The position numbers and the translations under genes were made by a program. Below are positions 8,696-18,150 of a stretch of DNA of 64,000 bases, piece by piece. Positions within the stretch are counted from its first letter, which is position 1. Each line of letters opens with the position of its first letter. The notes below the pieces were generated by a model, which saw only the letters and a program-made list of their open reading frames with translations, was not told where the DNA came from and ran no database searches. Origin of the DNA: Candidatus Bathyarchaeia archaeon (GTDB lineage: Archaea > Thermoproteota > Bathyarchaeia > 40CM-2-53-6); the NCBI GenBank assembly GCA_049513715.1, contig JBEKVV010000003.1:352001-416000 (forward strand). The letters are read 5' to 3'.

Positions 8696-10981
8696 TCAGC
8701 AATATTCGGTCTTTCCTTCATTTAGGGCGGCCAGCACTTTGGCCGGTGATATTGGCAAGGACCTGAATCTGATGCCTATTGCGTCTTTTATCGCATTAGC
8801 TATGACTGGTGCCACCGGGTGCAATGATGCCTCGCTTATGCTCTTTCCTCCCACTCCAGATGGCTCGTTGGTTTCAACCAGTATTACTTGGGCTTCTGGC
8901 ATGTCTGAGACTGTAGGAATCTTGTAGTCCGTTAGGTTTGAATTGAGAACCCGTCCTCGTTCATCGAACTTCACTTCTTCCATCAAGGTCTGGCCGATTC
9001 CCTGCCCAATCGCGCCATACACCTGTCCTTTCGCTCCAGCCGGGTAGATTGCCTTCCCCAGATCTTGGGCCGCGACGTATCGGGTTACGAACACTTGGCC
9101 GGTGAGCATGTCTACATCTACTTCTGCGAAATGTGCTCCGAATGGTGGTGGATTGTCGGGCGGTTCAGCTGCCAGCGAGACGACCAAGCTCTTGTTTAGA
9201 TGGAATCTGGCAAACAGTCCAAGCTCTGAAAGAGGAAGGTGAACAGTGGGATCTTGTGTCGAGACCAGATGTTTGCCTTGAATCTTCAACGACTCGGGGT
9301 TCTTGTTCAGCATCTCTCCAGCTGCCTTAAGGACCTGTTCTCTCAGTTGTTCGCAGGCTGACTTTATGATACTACCAACAACATACGTCCCTCGACTGGC
9401 ATGGATCGCGCCTTCGAAAAGGGTTGTATCTGTATTGCCAGTCTCAAGGTCGATCATGTCGGCGTCGGTTCCGAGTGTTTCTTGCGCAATATTGCGATAT
9501 ACAGTGTGTTGGCCGCATCCCATGTCTATCGCGGCAGTTAGCACGATGAACTTTCCATCCTCATTGAACTTCACGGTCACGCCAGAATGCTCAATTATCT
9601 TTTCCACCGTTGACTTGGTTCCAGTTCCCGATCCTCTTATGGTCTGAAAAGCGACGCCCCTACCTCTTCTCCTGTTTGGATCAAGTGGCTGCTGAATCGG
9701 TTTACCCCATCCGAATGCTTCGCCTGCTCTTCTCGCCGATTCTTCCAGCCCACAAGAGTTAATCGTGTAGCCACTTCGGGGGTTCACGTCGCCAAGTTTG
9801 AATGAATTCTTGAGCCTGAATTCGATTTGGTCAAAACCCATTTTGTCTGCGATATCGGTCATCTGGCTTTCTATAGCGAAGGCACATTGTGCGCCACCGT
9901 ATCCTCTCATCGCTCCCGGAGAGTACGTGTTGGTGTAAGTTGCATAGGCTTCGAAAAGGCGGTGGGGAGCATTGTAAGCCGCATCAAAGTACATACCTCC
10001 AACGATTGCAACGCTTGGCCCATGCGTCGCGTAGGCTCCTGTGTTGGCAACACATTTGCAGTAACGAGCAGTGATCGTTCCATCCTTCTTGACTCCTGTC
10101 TTAATCGTCAGGCGCATGTCATGCCGCGAGGTCGTGACGAAGACCTCAGATCTGTTAAGCCCAAGCCTCACAGGCTTCCGAGCCTTCCCCGCGAGAAGGG
10201 CGCAAATCGGTTCAACATCGCTCATCTGCAGTTTTGATCCGAAAGAACCTCCCAGGTATGTGTTGTGGACCCTTATCGTAGAGACCGGGAGAGCTAGAGC
10301 TTCAGACAGGCGTTCCCTCAGAAGGAATATACTCTGGGTTGATGACCAAATGTTCAGCTTCCCTTTCTCATCCCAGTGAGCGATCGCACAATGGGCCTCA
10401 AGCGGAACTTGGTTCTGCCTCTGCGTTCTGTATTCGTCCTCAAAAATCTCATCAGCGAGTCGAAAACCTTCGTCGATGTTACCATAGCGTATGCTCATGG
10501 GGTTGCCGCCCTTGGCATCCCATGCCTCGGCGACATTCGACTTCAACTCAGTCCTTACTTTTGGTGCGCCTGGTTTGAGTGCTTCAACTGGGTCTGTAAC
10601 ATACGGTAAGTTCTGATAATCGACATGGATTCTCTCTGTTGCCTCCTCAGCCAATTCCTGAGAAGTCGCTGCTACCGCCGCAATTGGTTCGCCGACGTAG
10701 CATACCTCCTTCCTCATAATCGATTTATCTTTGGGCAGAAGGCCGGCTTCGGGGTACGGGGCGTTGAAAATCGGGTTGTACCTCGTATCGGGCACGTCGG
10801 CAAATGTAACGATGGCCTTGACGCCTTCCAACTTCAAGGCCTCTGACGTGTCAATTGATTTTAGTATGGCATGGGGTTTGGTGCTTCTCAGAATCGCACC
10901 GTATAGCATCCCTGGAAGCTGCATGTCCGAGGTAAACTTCAGCTTTCCAGTTACCTTCTGAACAGCCTCAACTCTCGACAA
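8696..10981 (-). CDS. Xanthine dehydrogenase-family Mo-cofactor large subunit
   Basis: KVTG N-terminus, STQS, GGSFGSK, AMRGYG, ASRG, DYKIPT, KSISE (catalytic Glu). Confidence 0.92.
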   Translation of the reverse strand: MSRVEAVQKVTGKLKFTSDMQLPGMLYGAILRSTKPHAILKSIDTSEALKLEGVKAIVTFADVPDTRYNPIFNAPYPEAGLLPKDKSIMRKEVCYVGEPIAAVAATSQELAEEATERIHVDYQNLPYVTDPVEALKPGAPKVRTELKSNVAEAWDAKGGNPMSIRYGNIDEGFRLADEIFEDEYRTQRQNQVPLEAHCAIAHWDEKGKLNIWSSTQSIFLLRERLSEALALPVSTIRVHNTYLGGSFGSKLQMSDVEPICALLAGKARKPVRLGLNRSEVFVTTSRHDMRLTIKTGVKKDGTITARYCKCVANTGAYATHGPSVAIVGGMYFDAAYNAPHRLFEAYATYTNTYSPGAMRGYGGAQCAFAIESQMTDIADKMGFDQIEFRLKNSFKLGDVNPRSGYTINSCGLEESARRAGEAFGWGKPIQQPLDPNRRRGRGVAFQTIRGSGTGTKSTVEKIIEHSGVTVKFNEDGKFIVLTAAIDMGCGQHTVYRNIAQETLGTDADMIDLETGNTDTTLFEGAIHASRGTYVVGSIIKSACEQLREQVLKAAGEMLNKNPESLKIQGKHLVSTQDPTVHLPLSELGLFARFHLNKSLVVSLAAEPPDNPPPFGAHFAEVDVDMLTGQVFVTRYVAAQDLGKAIYPAGAKGQVYGAIGQGIGQTLMEEVKFDERGRVLNSNLTDYKIPTVSDMPEAQVILVETNEPSGVGGKSISEASLHPVAPVIANAIKDAIGIRFRSLPISPAKVLAALNEGKTEYC

Positions 10982-11100
10982 AGGAACACCAATCTAATGA
11001 GCTAATTTCCGGCCCTAGGATATTGGTTTTCTACTAGTTATCTATGTTCTATTTTCTATTTCGTTAAGTATAATGGTCCGAGTAGATAGAAGGACCGTCT

Positions 11101-11979
11101 ATGAGGGCAACAGTACCATTAGTTGACTATTACACTCCAAAGACAGTCGCGGAGACCGTGAGACTTCTCACGAAGCTGGAAAAAGCCAGCATTTTGGCTG
11201 GTGGGACGGATTATGTTCCTGCAACTAGGATGAAGGGATTCAGGCCGAAGAATCTAGTCTCATTGAAAAACCTCGGAAAGCACCTGCGCTATATTTCCTT
11301 CAAGAATGGGGTCATTAAGATTGGGGCCCTCACACGAATGAGGGATATAGAGAAATCGGAAGTAATACGGAAGCATGCGCCCCACCTTTACGAGGCAGCA
11401 GCGCAGGTGGGAGCCATCCCGATTAGGAACAGGGCTACGCTCGGAGGGAACCTATGTAACGCCAGTCCGGCCGCTGATACTGCTCCTCCATTGCTGACGC
11501 TGGACTCTGTCGTTGAGATTGTTGGACCTCGCAAGAAAAGAACCGTTTCCATCGACGACTTCTTTGTGGGCGTTGGAAAAACTGTATTGAAGAAGGGCGA
11601 GATTGTGAGCGGGATCTCGTTTCGACCGTGGAAGGGGGGCTTCGCATTCATGAAGATTGGGCGACGGCAGGGTGAGGATATTGCAGTAGCATCGGCAGCT
11701 GTTTCAATCAAGATGAAGGGCGAGAAGATTTCGGATGTGAAGATAGCTCTGGGAAGTGTTGCTCCAACACCCATTAGAGCACGTAAAGCAGAAGCCGACT
11801 TGTTTGGGAAAGAGCCAACCAAGGAAGCATTGGAATCTGCAGCCAGGAAAGCTGCGGAGGAATCTAGCCCCATAGATGATGTTAGAGCCAGCGCTGACTA
11901 TCGTAGGAAAATGGTAAAAGTACTGGTAACATCGACTCTCTCACAGGCAGTTAAGAAAGCAAAGGGTGATTCATCATGA
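11101..11979 (+). CDS. Xanthine dehydrogenase-family FAD (medium) subunit
   Basis: LAGGTD, IRNRATLGGNLCNASPAAD, PIDDVRASADYR. Confidence 0.93.
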   Translation: MRATVPLVDYYTPKTVAETVRLLTKLEKASILAGGTDYVPATRMKGFRPKNLVSLKNLGKHLRYISFKNGVIKIGALTRMRDIEKSEVIRKHAPHLYEAAAQVGAIPIRNRATLGGNLCNASPAADTAPPLLTLDSVVEIVGPRKKRTVSIDDFFVGVGKTVLKKGEIVSGISFRPWKGGFAFMKIGRRQGEDIAVASAAVSIKMKGEKISDVKIALGSVAPTPIRARKAEADLFGKEPTKEALESAARKAAEESSPIDDVRASADYRRKMVKVLVTSTLSQAVKKAKGDSS

Positions 11980-12458
11980 ACATAGATCTCAAAATTAACG
12001 GTGAAACCGTTAGGCTGGACATACCGCCAAACGAAATTCTGCTGGACACACTGAGAACCAGAATTGGTTTGACCGGCACCAAAGATGTGTGCAGGACGGG
12101 AGATTGCGGGGCCTGCACTGTGCTGGTTGATGGTGAAGCCGTACACTCATGCTTGGTATTGACAGTCGAAGTCCATGGATCCAGAATTCTTACGGTGGAG
12201 GGACTTGCCGAGAACGACAAGCTCCACCCATTGCAGCAGGCGTTTATTGAAGAAGACGCCACACACTGCGGGTACTGCACACCAGGAATTTTGATGGCTG
12301 GCGTGGCGTTGCTTAATGAAAACAGCAACCCCAACCGTAGCGACGTTGAGGAGGCATTGAAAGGAAACCTATGCCGGTGCGGGACCTACTATGACGCAGT
12401 AAACGCCATTCTGAAGGCTAGCCAGAAGATTGGAAAGAGCAAATCGAAGACTCACTGA
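11976..12458 (+). CDS. Xanthine dehydrogenase-family 2Fe-2S (small) subunit
   Basis: CRTGDCGACT..SC, CGYCTPG, NLCRCG; ATGA overlap with the FAD subunit gene. Confidence 0.95.
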   Translation: MNIDLKINGETVRLDIPPNEILLDTLRTRIGLTGTKDVCRTGDCGACTVLVDGEAVHSCLVLTVEVHGSRILTVEGLAENDKLHPLQQAFIEEDATHCGYCTPGILMAGVALLNENSNPNRSDVEEALKGNLCRCGTYYDAVNAILKASQKIGKSKSKTH

Positions 12459-12515
12459 AGATCACCTAACTGCATTACATTCCTTCTTGTAATCCAATTT
12501 ACAGAGTCCCAGCAA

Positions 12516-13976
12516 ATGGCAGATTTGATTCTGAAGAATGGAAAACTCGTCCTACCTTCCGGCGTAATGGAGGGGGGTGTTTCAATCGCGGATGGAGTCA
12601 TAGAGAAAATCGCGAAGGATGCAAATCTCCCAAAGGGTGACAAGGAAATCGATCTGCAGGGCAAATTGGTTCTCCCTGGAGCAGTTGATATCCACACGCA
12701 TCCTGGGGGGAAACATCCACTCGGTGACGACTTCAAAACAGAGACTCCAGGCGCGTTGATGGGAGGCGTCACTACAATGGGCGGAATAGTCCGGGTTCCC
12801 AGAATGGGGCAACCGTTCAAAGAGGACACGGACCCCGCGGAGGTTGTGTCATGGTTTGACGTTTTTGAGTTGGGTAAGAGAACTGCTCAGACGAATTCTT
12901 GCGTCGACTTCTTCTTCATCTTCACTTTGAACTCGATGCAACACGCTGAGGAAATCCCCAAGTACGTTCGAGAGCTGGGTGTTGCAGCTTTCAAGTATCA
13001 TGGAAACCTGAAGAACTTAGCAGACCACCCTATGGGACAAAAGTGGGCAAGGAGAATGGCGTTGCCTGCACCTTACGATGACAGTCTCGCCTTCCGCGCC
13101 ATGGAACAGGTGGGAAAGACAAAGAAGGCGATTCTACTACTGCACTGTGAGAACTCAGAGATATCGAAGCTATTCAGAGAACGCGTGAGGTCGCAGGGAA
13201 GGGCGGATCCTGAAGCATGGACTGAAACTCTACCGGGCTTCTTGGAAGCTGAACACGTCAGGAGATACTCGTACCTTGCCAAAGCGACTGGCGCCCCAAT
13301 TCATGTGGTGCACATAACTTCGCGCGAAGGCCTTGAGGAAACGTTTGAGGCGAAGAGCCAAGGAGTCAAACTAACGGTCGAGACTTGCCCGCAATACTTG
13401 ATGGTAGACCCCGCGAAAGCGGGATACTTGGGCAAACTCAACCCTCCTCTCCGAAAACAGGAAGACCGAGAAGCACTCTGGAAAGGTGTGAAGGATGGGT
13501 GGGTCGATTCGATTGGGACGGACCATGTGGTGAGCAACAAATACGAAAAACTGGTTTGGGGAGACGGCGCACCTCCCGGAGGAGACCCTGCCTCAAACAT
13601 ATGGTTCACCGGTTCTGGAAGCGTAGGCACACAAACGATGCCCATAACGATGTTCTGGGAGGGTTACGGTAAAAGAGGGATGTCCCTCAGCAGATTGGTT
13701 GAACTAATCTCCACAAACCCCGCAAAAATTGTGAGAATATACCCGAAGAAGGGCGTCATTGAGACTGGCTCGGATGCCGACCTGATGATAATCGACCAGC
13801 AGAAAGAAGGTAAGATTACGGCCGAGTGGATCAAATCCTATGGAGATTTCACCCTCTTCGAAGGAATGACAGGGAAAGGATGGCCATACATGACTATCCT
13901 CAGGGGGCAAATCGCAATGCAGGAAGGAGACCTGCAGGTAAACCCAGGGTACGGCCAATTCGTGAGATGCGTATGA
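12516..13976 (+). CDS. Cyclic amidohydrolase (dihydropyrimidinase/hydantoinase/allantoinase family)
   Basis: DIHTH, FK (carbamylated Lys), HCEN, VVHITS, ETCPQYL, NPPLR, GTDH, GSDADL. Confidence 0.88.
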   Translation: MADLILKNGKLVLPSGVMEGGVSIADGVIEKIAKDANLPKGDKEIDLQGKLVLPGAVDIHTHPGGKHPLGDDFKTETPGALMGGVTTMGGIVRVPRMGQPFKEDTDPAEVVSWFDVFELGKRTAQTNSCVDFFFIFTLNSMQHAEEIPKYVRELGVAAFKYHGNLKNLADHPMGQKWARRMALPAPYDDSLAFRAMEQVGKTKKAILLLHCENSEISKLFRERVRSQGRADPEAWTETLPGFLEAEHVRRYSYLAKATGAPIHVVHITSREGLEETFEAKSQGVKLTVETCPQYLMVDPAKAGYLGKLNPPLRKQEDREALWKGVKDGWVDSIGTDHVVSNKYEKLVWGDGAPPGGDPASNIWFTGSGSVGTQTMPITMFWEGYGKRGMSLSRLVELISTNPAKIVRIYPKKGVIETGSDADLMIIDQQKEGKITAEWIKSYGDFTLFEGMTGKGWPYMTILRGQIAMQEGDLQVNPGYGQFVRCV

Positions 13977-15379
13977 CTACGATAATCAAGAACGCCGTAA
14001 TCTACACTAACGACCCGTCTGTAGGAACAATCTGGGACGGAGCCGTCGTCGTTGACGGCCCCAAAATAGTTGCCGTTGGAAAAACGGAAGAAATCCTGCG
14101 AAAACATCCCACCAAGGATAATGTGATAGACGCAAAATGGAAACTCGTCATCCCAGGACTAATCGACGCACACATGCACCTTGATTCAGCTTACCTGCGG
14201 GGCCTCATTCCGCCAAAATGGATGGGATGGCTAACAACGTACTTTGGTTGGTACTTCGACATAATGACTGAGGAGGACTTCTACTATTCCAGCCTGTTCA
14301 GCATTGGAAAGAGACTCCTGACGGGCACAACCACCATTGTTGACTCAGGCCCTCTTCCTGGCTTCGAAAAAGCAGCCATACGGGCAGTCGAAGCCAGCGG
14401 TGCAAGAGCCAACTTGAACAGAATAACGATGGATGTCTACGATGAGGTCCTAGGAAAAGATGGCTTTTCCGGAAAACACAGAGAGGATACGGAGACGGCA
14501 CTCAAGAATGGTCGCGAGTTCGTCCAGAAATACAAAGACCGCTTGGGCCGGGTCAAGACCGGGCTTTGCATGATGCAGGTCCCAACTTCAAGCGAGGAGT
14601 TAGGAAGAGGGGCACGAAAGATAGTAGATGAGTTTGGAGGTACATTACATACCCACGCGGGTGTGCATGGCGAGCTCCTTGAGAAGACCAAGAAACTTTA
14701 TGGAATGACAGACATAGAGTACCTTGACAAAACGAATCTACTATGTGACAAATTGACGGCCGCGCATATGGGTTGGGTGACAGATGACGAGATAGCCCTT
14801 GTGGCCAAGAAGATGGTGAACGTTGCTCACTGCCCAACCTCCACAACGATCAATGGAAAGGGCATCTTGTCTAAGGGCAATATTGTGAAAATGGATCGAT
14901 CGGGCGTCAACTTGGCACTGGGTACCGATGAATTAGATATCACAGATATCGTGAGGGTCATGTTTGCCGTATTGATTCACAGAGACGTATGGATGGACTC
15001 TACTCTCTTCCCCCTTGATAAGGTGCTAAACATGGCTACGGCTAATGGTGCCAAAGCAGTTGGAATGAGAGACAAACTCGGGAGTATCTCGCCAGGGAAG
15101 CTAGCAGACATGGTCCTCCTCGATCTCAAGAACCCCGATTTGCTGCCAGTCTATGACTATTCTTTGCTACCGAACCTGATAACTTCAGCATCAGGCTCTA
15201 GTGTTGACACAGTTCTTGTGAATGGGGAAGTTGTCGTAGAGAACAGGCGGATAAAGACTTTCGACATGGATAAGGTCTCGACGGAAGTGCAGCGGCGAGC
15301 AAAGAGATACGTAGAATCCGCCGTCGAAAGAGGAATGCATGCAAAAGGAGCCCAGCTCTCACCTCCCTACCCGTTGTAA
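13973..15379 (+). CDS. Amidohydrolase (MtaD/SsnA-like fold), atypical active site
   Basis: PGLIDAHMH, GTTT, AAH, AHCP, LGTD, GKLAD. True start ATG 13973 (ATGA overlap), not 13826. Confidence 0.85.
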   Translation: MTTIIKNAVIYTNDPSVGTIWDGAVVVDGPKIVAVGKTEEILRKHPTKDNVIDAKWKLVIPGLIDAHMHLDSAYLRGLIPPKWMGWLTTYFGWYFDIMTEEDFYYSSLFSIGKRLLTGTTTIVDSGPLPGFEKAAIRAVEASGARANLNRITMDVYDEVLGKDGFSGKHREDTETALKNGREFVQKYKDRLGRVKTGLCMMQVPTSSEELGRGARKIVDEFGGTLHTHAGVHGELLEKTKKLYGMTDIEYLDKTNLLCDKLTAAHMGWVTDDEIALVAKKMVNVAHCPTSTTINGKGILSKGNIVKMDRSGVNLALGTDELDITDIVRVMFAVLIHRDVWMDSTLFPLDKVLNMATANGAKAVGMRDKLGSISPGKLADMVLLDLKNPDLLPVYDYSLLPNLITSASGSSVDTVLVNGEVVVENRRIKTFDMDKVSTEVQRRAKRYVESAVERGMHAKGAQLSPPYPL

Positions 15380-15437
15380 TCACCAAAAACCGAAACTCAA
15401 CGTAGCCCGGCAAGAGACACTATTCGAGTGAAAGCTC

Positions 15438-16664
15438 GTGAAGACCGAGGAACCTGAGAAGAGTGTGCTGAGCAAGATCAAAAGCGAAGACGTGATCAGC
15501 CTTACCCAACAGCTTATCAGAATACCCAGCCACAGAAATTGTGAAGGACAGGAAAAACAAATCGCGGAGTTCATCGCGGACGCGTTAGAGACGATTGGCG
15601 CCGAAGTCTCGCTGCAAAGGGTCGTCAATGACCGATTCAATGTCATTGGAAAGATTTCGGGCGAGGCTGACGGTCACAGCTTAACTTTGACCGGCCATTT
15701 GGACACCGTGCCAGCGGGTAATATGGAAATAGAGCCCTTTGCCGGCACCATACGTGACGGCAAAATCTACGGGAGAGGGGCTTCAGACATGAAAGGCGCA
15801 TTGGCAGCGATGATTTGTGCTCTGCGAGCAGTGAAGGAATCTCATGTGCACCTAAAAGGCGACCTAGTCTTCGTTGGCGCAATCGGAGAAGAAACAACAA
15901 GCGAAGGTACCACGTATCTCGTAAGAAATGGCCCGAAGACCGATTTTGCGATCAATGGCGAGCCAACCAATATGGACCTGGCGGTCGCGCACAAAGGCTC
16001 AGTACTCATTCAAATAACTGCAAGCGGGAAGGCCGCCCATTGTGACACACCCTGGCTCGGAATAAACGCCGTAGAAAAGATGAGCAAGATTGTTCAAACG
16101 ATAGCAGACCGAGTACCAAACGAACTAAAACAGAAGACTCACAAGTACACCGGACCGCCGACAATCAACATAGCCTACATCAGTGGAGGCGAATGGCCCT
16201 ACACAGTCGTACCGGACGAATGCAAAATAGTAATCATAACAGGACTCCTGCCAGAGGAAAAAAGAGAATCAATACCGTTACTGTATGAGAGAATTATTAA
16301 GGAATTGCAGACCCACGACCGCGAGCTTTGCGCAAAGGTCGACATCATACCTATTGAAACAATACCGGAGGGGTATAACCTGTCTTTTGAGATACCGGAA
16401 TCTTCACCGATTGTCAAGTCGTTAAAGCATTGCGCGATGCGAGTACTTGGCACGGGGCCCAAATTGGTCGGCGTTCCTTACTGGTGCGACGCGTCGATTC
16501 TCTCCTATGCTGGCGTTCAGACAATCATTTTTGGTCCAGGTAATATCGGCGTCGCTCATTCATCGGTGGAATACGTTCCAGTGAAGGACCTGATTAACTC
16601 ATCAAGAGTGTACGCTTTGTCAGCGCTCGATATATGTCAGCGCGATAGAAGCCCGATGAAGTGA
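15438..16664 (+). CDS. M20 family metallo-amidohydrolase (ArgE/DapE/YgeY-like)
   Basis: GHLDTV, YGRGASDMKG, GEE, GEPT, AH..P..GINA, FGPG..AHS. Confidence 0.9.
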   Translation: MKTEEPEKSVLSKIKSEDVISLTQQLIRIPSHRNCEGQEKQIAEFIADALETIGAEVSLQRVVNDRFNVIGKISGEADGHSLTLTGHLDTVPAGNMEIEPFAGTIRDGKIYGRGASDMKGALAAMICALRAVKESHVHLKGDLVFVGAIGEETTSEGTTYLVRNGPKTDFAINGEPTNMDLAVAHKGSVLIQITASGKAAHCDTPWLGINAVEKMSKIVQTIADRVPNELKQKTHKYTGPPTINIAYISGGEWPYTVVPDECKIVIITGLLPEEKRESIPLLYERIIKELQTHDRELCAKVDIIPIETIPEGYNLSFEIPESSPIVKSLKHCAMRVLGTGPKLVGVPYWCDASILSYAGVQTIIFGPGNIGVAHSSVEYVPVKDLINSSRVYALSALDICQRDRSPMK

Positions 16665-16699
16665 GCTCTGCCCAAACCAGAGGCGTTTACACGTTCAGC

Positions 16700-18118
16700 T
16701 TAGGGAGCTCTAGAGCGCCAAGGTCTGTTCTTGAGGTTTGAAATACCCGAAATCTCCACGAGCTCATCCGCAGCGGCTCTGCCTTCGCCCAGAATTTCAT
16801 CTTCATCAACCGTAATCAACCTCCTTCCCCTCATTAGGATTTGTCCGTCGACGATCGTCGTGTCTATGTTTTCGCTCGTGGCGCTGTAGACCAACGCTGA
16901 AACGGGGTTGTGGGCGGGTGCAGCGAAAGTTTTTGATAGGTCGATTAGAAACAAATCGGCCTTCTTTCCTGGTTCAATCGAGCCGACTTCATGCTCAAGT
17001 CGAAGAGCCCTGGCCCCGCCAATTGTCGCCATTTCAAGAACATCTTCTGCAGTAATGATTGTGGGGTTGCCAGGGTGAGCAACCTTGTGCAAAAGCGCCG
17101 TAACCTTAACTAACTGCAGCATGTCCTGGTTATTGTTGCTCGCTGCGCCGTCCACGCCCAAGCCGACGGTTATGCCTGATTTTAGCATTTTTGGGATAGG
17201 AGCTACTCCTGACGACAGGTACATGTTACTGGTGGCATTGTGGGACACCTTGGAGTCCGATTTCTTCATGATTCCAATGTCGTCATCGTCGAGATAGACG
17301 CAGTGAACCGCCAAGAAGTCAGGTCCGAGAAGTCCGATCCTGTCAAACAACTCCAGTTCCCTGCAATGAAAGCGGGACCTGCAGTTCTCAACCTCAAACG
17401 GTGTTTCTGCAACATGCATCGTTATCCCTATTTTCAATTCGTCTGCCAGTCTTCTGCAGCCTTTCAGTGCCTGCTCGGTGACACCCCAAATTGCAACTGG
17501 AGCGATCCAAACTCCCAGTCTCCCGTTGTGATTCGCTGCGAACTTGCGATGCATGCGTCGAATCTCGTTGAACGATTCATCTGAGTTGTGGATGATTTCG
17601 GAGGGCAAACCTACCTCAAGCCCAGTGTCGATGACTCCATGACCGACGATCCCTCGAATGCCTGATTCTTGAAACGCTAGAAGTACTGCCTCCGATAGTT
17701 CGGGAACGGGATGTGCGTACATGTAGTCCAACGTTGTGGTCGTGCCGGATTTGATGGCCTCAACGACTCCGAGAAGGGCGCTGGCGTGAACATGTTTATA
17801 GGTTAGTTTGCGGGAGCTCGGAACAATTATCGTCCTTATCCAGTCCGCTAAGACTCGATCATCGCCTAACCCTTTGAGCATGACTTGAAATAGATGGGTG
17901 TGGGTGTTGACAAACCCCGGGAACACGGTTTTCCCGTTTGCCTCTATCACTTCGTCGGCCCTTGGGTGGCTTTCAATAACCTCCCTAGTTGGGCCGACAG
18001 CGCGAATGCGATTGCCCTCAACGTAGACCGCGCCGTTCCTGATGATGTTTCGCTTCGGACTTACAGTAACGACTGAATCTGCATTTCTAATGAGTATGCT
18101 GGATGCCTTTAACGGTAC
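16700..18118 (-). CDS. Amidohydrolase, MTA/SAH deaminase/SsnA/8-oxoguanine deaminase-like (start codon unresolved)
   Basis: PGFVNTHTHLFQ, HVAET, AVHC, GVDG. Frame stays open from 17950 up to 18118 and encodes the family N-terminus (SILIRNA..VVTV..GAVYVEGNRIRAVG) with no ATG/GTG/TTG. Confidence 0.85.
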   Translation of the reverse strand, partial: VPLKASSILIRNADSVVTVSPKRNIIRNGAVYVEGNRIRAVGPTREVIESHPRADEVIEANGKTVFPGFVNTHTHLFQVMLKGLGDDRVLADWIRTIIVPSSRKLTYKHVHASALLGVVEAIKSGTTTTLDYMYAHPVPELSEAVLLAFQESGIRGIVGHGVIDTGLEVGLPSEIIHNSDESFNEIRRMHRKFAANHNGRLGVWIAPVAIWGVTEQALKGCRRLADELKIGITMHVAETPFEVENCRSRFHCRELELFDRIGLLGPDFLAVHCVYLDDDDIGIMKKSDSKVSHNATSNMYLSSGVAPIPKMLKSGITVGLGVDGAASNNNQDMLQLVKVTALLHKVAHPGNPTIITAEDVLEMATIGGARALRLEHEVGSIEPGKKADLFLIDLSKTFAAPAHNPVSALVYSATSENIDTTIVDGQILMRGRRLITVDEDEILGEGRAAADELVEISGISNLKNRPWRSRAP

Positions 18119-18150
18119 TCAACTCTTCAAAGGATTCTTCTAGTTCCAAG

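Noticed and set aside
12488..12503. TGTAA..TTACA as a shared regulon motif (also at 27100; TGTA arms at 29421)
   Set aside because: Spacers differ (6, 1 and 10 nt) and arms are short, so chance is likely.
13826..13972. N-terminal extension of the amidohydrolase given in the ORF track
   Set aside because: Overlaps the upstream gene by about 150 nt; the family N-terminus starts at ATG 13973.
18119..18121. Selenocysteine at the in-frame TGA
   Set aside because: Non-conserved N-terminal position, no Cys homolog expected, no SECIS recognised.
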